Source: an uncultured Bdellovibrionales bacterium (GTDB taxonomy: Bacteria > Patescibacteriota > Minisyncoccia > Moranbacterales > UBA1568). From it: 45,763 nucleotides of DNA. Below the pieces are notes generated by a model that worked only from the letters and a program-made list of their open reading frames with translations, was not told the origin of the DNA and searched no databases. Shown in pieces: positions 43,819-45,763 of the stretch; within the stretch, counting starts at the first letter, position 1; every line of letters begins with the position of its first letter. Location: contig CAZIBB010000002.1 in assembly GCA_964537075.1 (NCBI GenBank), forward strand, positions 1 through 45,763, given 5' to 3'. The position numbers and the translations under genes were made by a program.

Positions 43819-43940
43819 AGAATTTCTCTGCTTGAGTACAGTTCGAGGCACAAGCGAGGAGCGGAGTAAGCTGTATTATGGAATACAGCGCACGAGCACC
43901 ACAGATTGTAACGAAGAAATGTGCCAAGCAGAGAAATTCT
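43819..43940. repeat. 16-bp perfect inverted repeat closing a roughly 90-nt structured loop in the rpsJ-rplC spacer
   Basis: AGAATTTCTCTGCTTG (43819-43834) is the exact reverse complement of CAAGCAGAGAAATTCT (43925-43940). There is an inner 8-bp hairpin gctgtatt-atgg-aatacagc (43870-43889). The right arm abuts the rpsJ stop. Confidence 0.85.
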
Positions 43941-44273
43941 TTACATTTTGATTTCAATATCGACTCCGGCTGGGAGATCCAAATTAGTCAACTGTTCGAT
44001 CGTCTTCGGATTCGGATTCCAGATGTCGATCAGGCGCTTATGAATGCGCATTTCGAACTGATCACGGGAATTCTTATGAACGAAGGTCGATCGGTTGACC
44101 GTCATCCGATGCATCTCGGTCGGAAGAGGCACTGGACCGGTAATCACGGCTCCGGTACGCTCCGCTGTTTCCACGATCTTGCGCGCTGATTGATCGATCA
44201 CCTTATGATCATACGCCTTGATCTTGATCCGGACGCGAGTCGCCTCTTTTTGTTCAACTTTTTTCGTCGCCAT
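43941..44273 (-). CDS. rpsJ: 30S ribosomal protein S10
   Basis: [38 protein letters not shown]. The start MATKK at 44273 is preceded by AAAGGA (the track ORF extends upstream into tuf). Confidence 0.95.
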   Translation of the reverse strand: MATKKVEQKEATRVRIKIKAYDHKVIDQSARKIVETAERTGAVITGPVPLPTEMHRMTVNRSTFVHKNSRDQFEMRIHKRLIDIWNPNPKTIEQLTNLDLPAGVDIEIKM

Positions 44274-44364
44274 TCCTTTGCTTTGAAAATTACAATGCTT
44301 TCGACTTTTTCGAAAAACGGTCATCCCGATGAGCAGCGCTCCATCGGGACTCAGTTGTCCGAAA

Positions 44365-45555
44365 TTACTTGATGATCTTAGTACAAATACCGGCACCGAC
44401 GGTACGACCACCCTCGCGGATGGCGAAACGCATACCTTCTTCCATAGCGACTGGTGAGAGCAGTTTTACGATCGGTCGGAAGGTATCCCCTGGCATCACC
44501 ATCTCAGTTCCTTCTGGAAGCGTCACTTCACCGGTCACATCCGTCGTACGGATATAGAACTGCGGCTTGTAGCCCTTGAAGAAAGGAGTGTGGCGTCCGC
44601 CTTCTTCCTTGGAGAGCACATAGACTTCACCTTCGAATTCGGTATGAGGAGTGATAGAACCCGGCTTGGCCAGCACCTGACCACGCTCGACATCTTCTTT
44701 CTTTATACCGCGGATGAGGAGACCAGCATTGTCGCCGCACTCACCACGATTGAGGGATTTGTTGAACATCTCGATACCGGTTACCACCGTCTTGGCAGTC
44801 GGTCGGATACCGACGATTTCCACATCCTCGTTGATATTGATAATACCGCGCTCGATACGACCAGTTACCACCGTGCCTCGGCCTTCGATAGAGAAGATGT
44901 CTTCGATAGGCATGAGAAATGGCTTATCCAAGTCACGAACCGGCTGCGGAATACTTTCGTCAACGGCCTTCATCAGTTCCCAAATCGGAGCGGCATCAGC
45001 TTCATCAGCGGACTTAGCTTCGAGGGCCTTGAGAGCGGAACCACGAACGATACGGGCGTTCGCACCATCGAATTCATACTTGGTGAGCAATTCACGGATT
45101 TCCTCTTCGACGAGGTCAACGAGTTCGGCATCATCTACCATATCTACCTTGTTCAAGAAAACGACGATAGCAGGAACACCCACCTGGCGGGCCAGGAGAA
45201 TGTGTTCGCGGGTCTGTGGCATAGGACCATCAGTAGCAGAAACAACGAGAATCGCGCCATCCATCTGAGCGGCACCAGTAATCATGTTCTTGATATAGTC
45301 AGCGTGACCAGGACAGTCAACGTGAGCATAGTGACGAGCTTCAGTTTCATACTCACAATGAGCGGTCGCGATAGTGATACCACGCTCGCGTTCCTCCGGA
45401 GCCTTGTCGATATCATCGATACCACGAGCCTTGGCCAATCCACGGAAACTCAAAACCGACAGAATCGCTGCTGTCAAAGTCGTCTTTCCATGGTCGACGT
45501 GACCGATAGTTCCGATATTTACATGCGGTTTTGTCCGTTGAAACTGTTCTGCCAT
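44365..45555 (-). CDS. tuf: elongation factor Tu
   Basis: [25 protein letters not shown]; 396 aa. Confidence 0.98.
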   Translation of the reverse strand: MAEQFQRTKPHVNIGTIGHVDHGKTTLTAAILSVLSFRGLAKARGIDDIDKAPEERERGITIATAHCEYETEARHYAHVDCPGHADYIKNMITGAAQMDGAILVVSATDGPMPQTREHILLARQVGVPAIVVFLNKVDMVDDAELVDLVEEEIRELLTKYEFDGANARIVRGSALKALEAKSADEADAAPIWELMKAVDESIPQPVRDLDKPFLMPIEDIFSIEGRGTVVTGRIERGIININEDVEIVGIRPTAKTVVTGIEMFNKSLNRGECGDNAGLLIRGIKKEDVERGQVLAKPGSITPHTEFEGEVYVLSKEEGGRHTPFFKGYKPQFYIRTTDVTGEVTLPEGTEMVMPGDTFRPIVKLLSPVAMEEGMRFAIREGGRTVGAGICTKIIK

Positions 45556-45707
45556 ACCTTTTTGTCCTTCATTCCCCTGCCGCTATTGATAGGGCAAGAG
45601 AAGAGAGAAGAGATATTAAATAAATTATTTTTTAGATCCTTTTCGAATCCTTTCCACAAGCCACTTTTTCCACGAATGAAAAAAGATTGCCGTGAAGCAT
45701 CAGAAAT

Positions 45708-45736
45708 ATACTATCAAGCTATTTAAACGGTGTCAA
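45708..45736 (-). promoter_or_regulatory. consensus-like promoter TTGACA-17-TAGTAT upstream of tuf
   Basis: On the minus strand, the -35 TTGACA is at 45731-45736 and the -10 TAGTAT is at 45708-45713, with a 17-nt spacer. It lies about 150 nt upstream of the tuf ATG. Confidence 0.6.
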
Positions 45737-45763
45737 CCCCGCACCTATTTGGCACAGCGCCAA

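Noticed and set aside
45640-45665. TTCGAATCC, a T-loop-like sequence that suggested a tRNA upstream of tuf.
   Set aside because: The flanking bases do not form a T-stem on either strand. No acceptor or anticodon arms could be drawn.
44590-45726. Long antisense ORFs in the track: 44590..45726 (+) opposite tuf, 28627..29673 (+) opposite map/adk, 17156..18004 (+) opposite trxB, 14334..15080 (+) opposite murA, 6368..7072 (-) opposite the GT-C gene, and 36882..37520 (+) opposite rplE.
   Set aside because: Each lies entirely opposite a confidently identified conserved gene. The translations are low-complexity or Arg/Ser/His-rich with no recognisable motifs. These are shadow ORFs.

Overview
This is a chromosomal core region of a small-genome bacterium. 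It is most consistent with Candidate Phyla Radiation/Patescibacteria, by inference: there is no rpmD between rpsE and rplO, many starts lack a Shine-Dalgarno sequence, GT-C glycosyltransferases and four-helix-bundle genes are present, and the code is standard with TGA/TAA/TAG all used as stops. Nearly everything is on the minus strand. Reading right to left: tuf, the S10/spc ribosomal-protein cluster (rpsJ to rplO), secY, five inserted genes (queH, small membrane protein, cupin, cold-shock protein, DUF2238-like), adk, map, ruvX, GT2, galT, tpiA, fba, gap, amidohydrolase, murD, CsoR-family repressor, gdh, trxB, CAP-domain protein, murA, mreB, a four-helix-bundle (4HB) gene, two GT4 genes, holB, ftsQ. 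A plus-strand island (4431-8496) holds two GT-C glycosyltransferases (the first frameshifted) and a second 4HB gene. The left end is a translationally coupled pair: a 754-aa orphan protein and a membrane J-domain protein. The J-domain gene is missing from the ORF track because it runs off the window edge. The protein-coding content is ordinary; the non-coding architecture is the unusual part. (i) Six homologous CACAAAA/TTTGTG hairpin elements each abut a start codon. (ii) A roughly 165-190 nt structured element occurs twice with conserved block order and spacing, once inside the S10 operon. (iii) Both 4HB (rRNA-IVS/Avd-like) genes sit in cassettes flanked by GAACA-word inverted arms, and each gene carries a different lesion. 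(iv) A repeated hairpin module brackets secY. (v) Almost every remaining spacer is a long imperfect palindrome. No rRNA, tRNA, CRISPR array, transposase or integrase was found.
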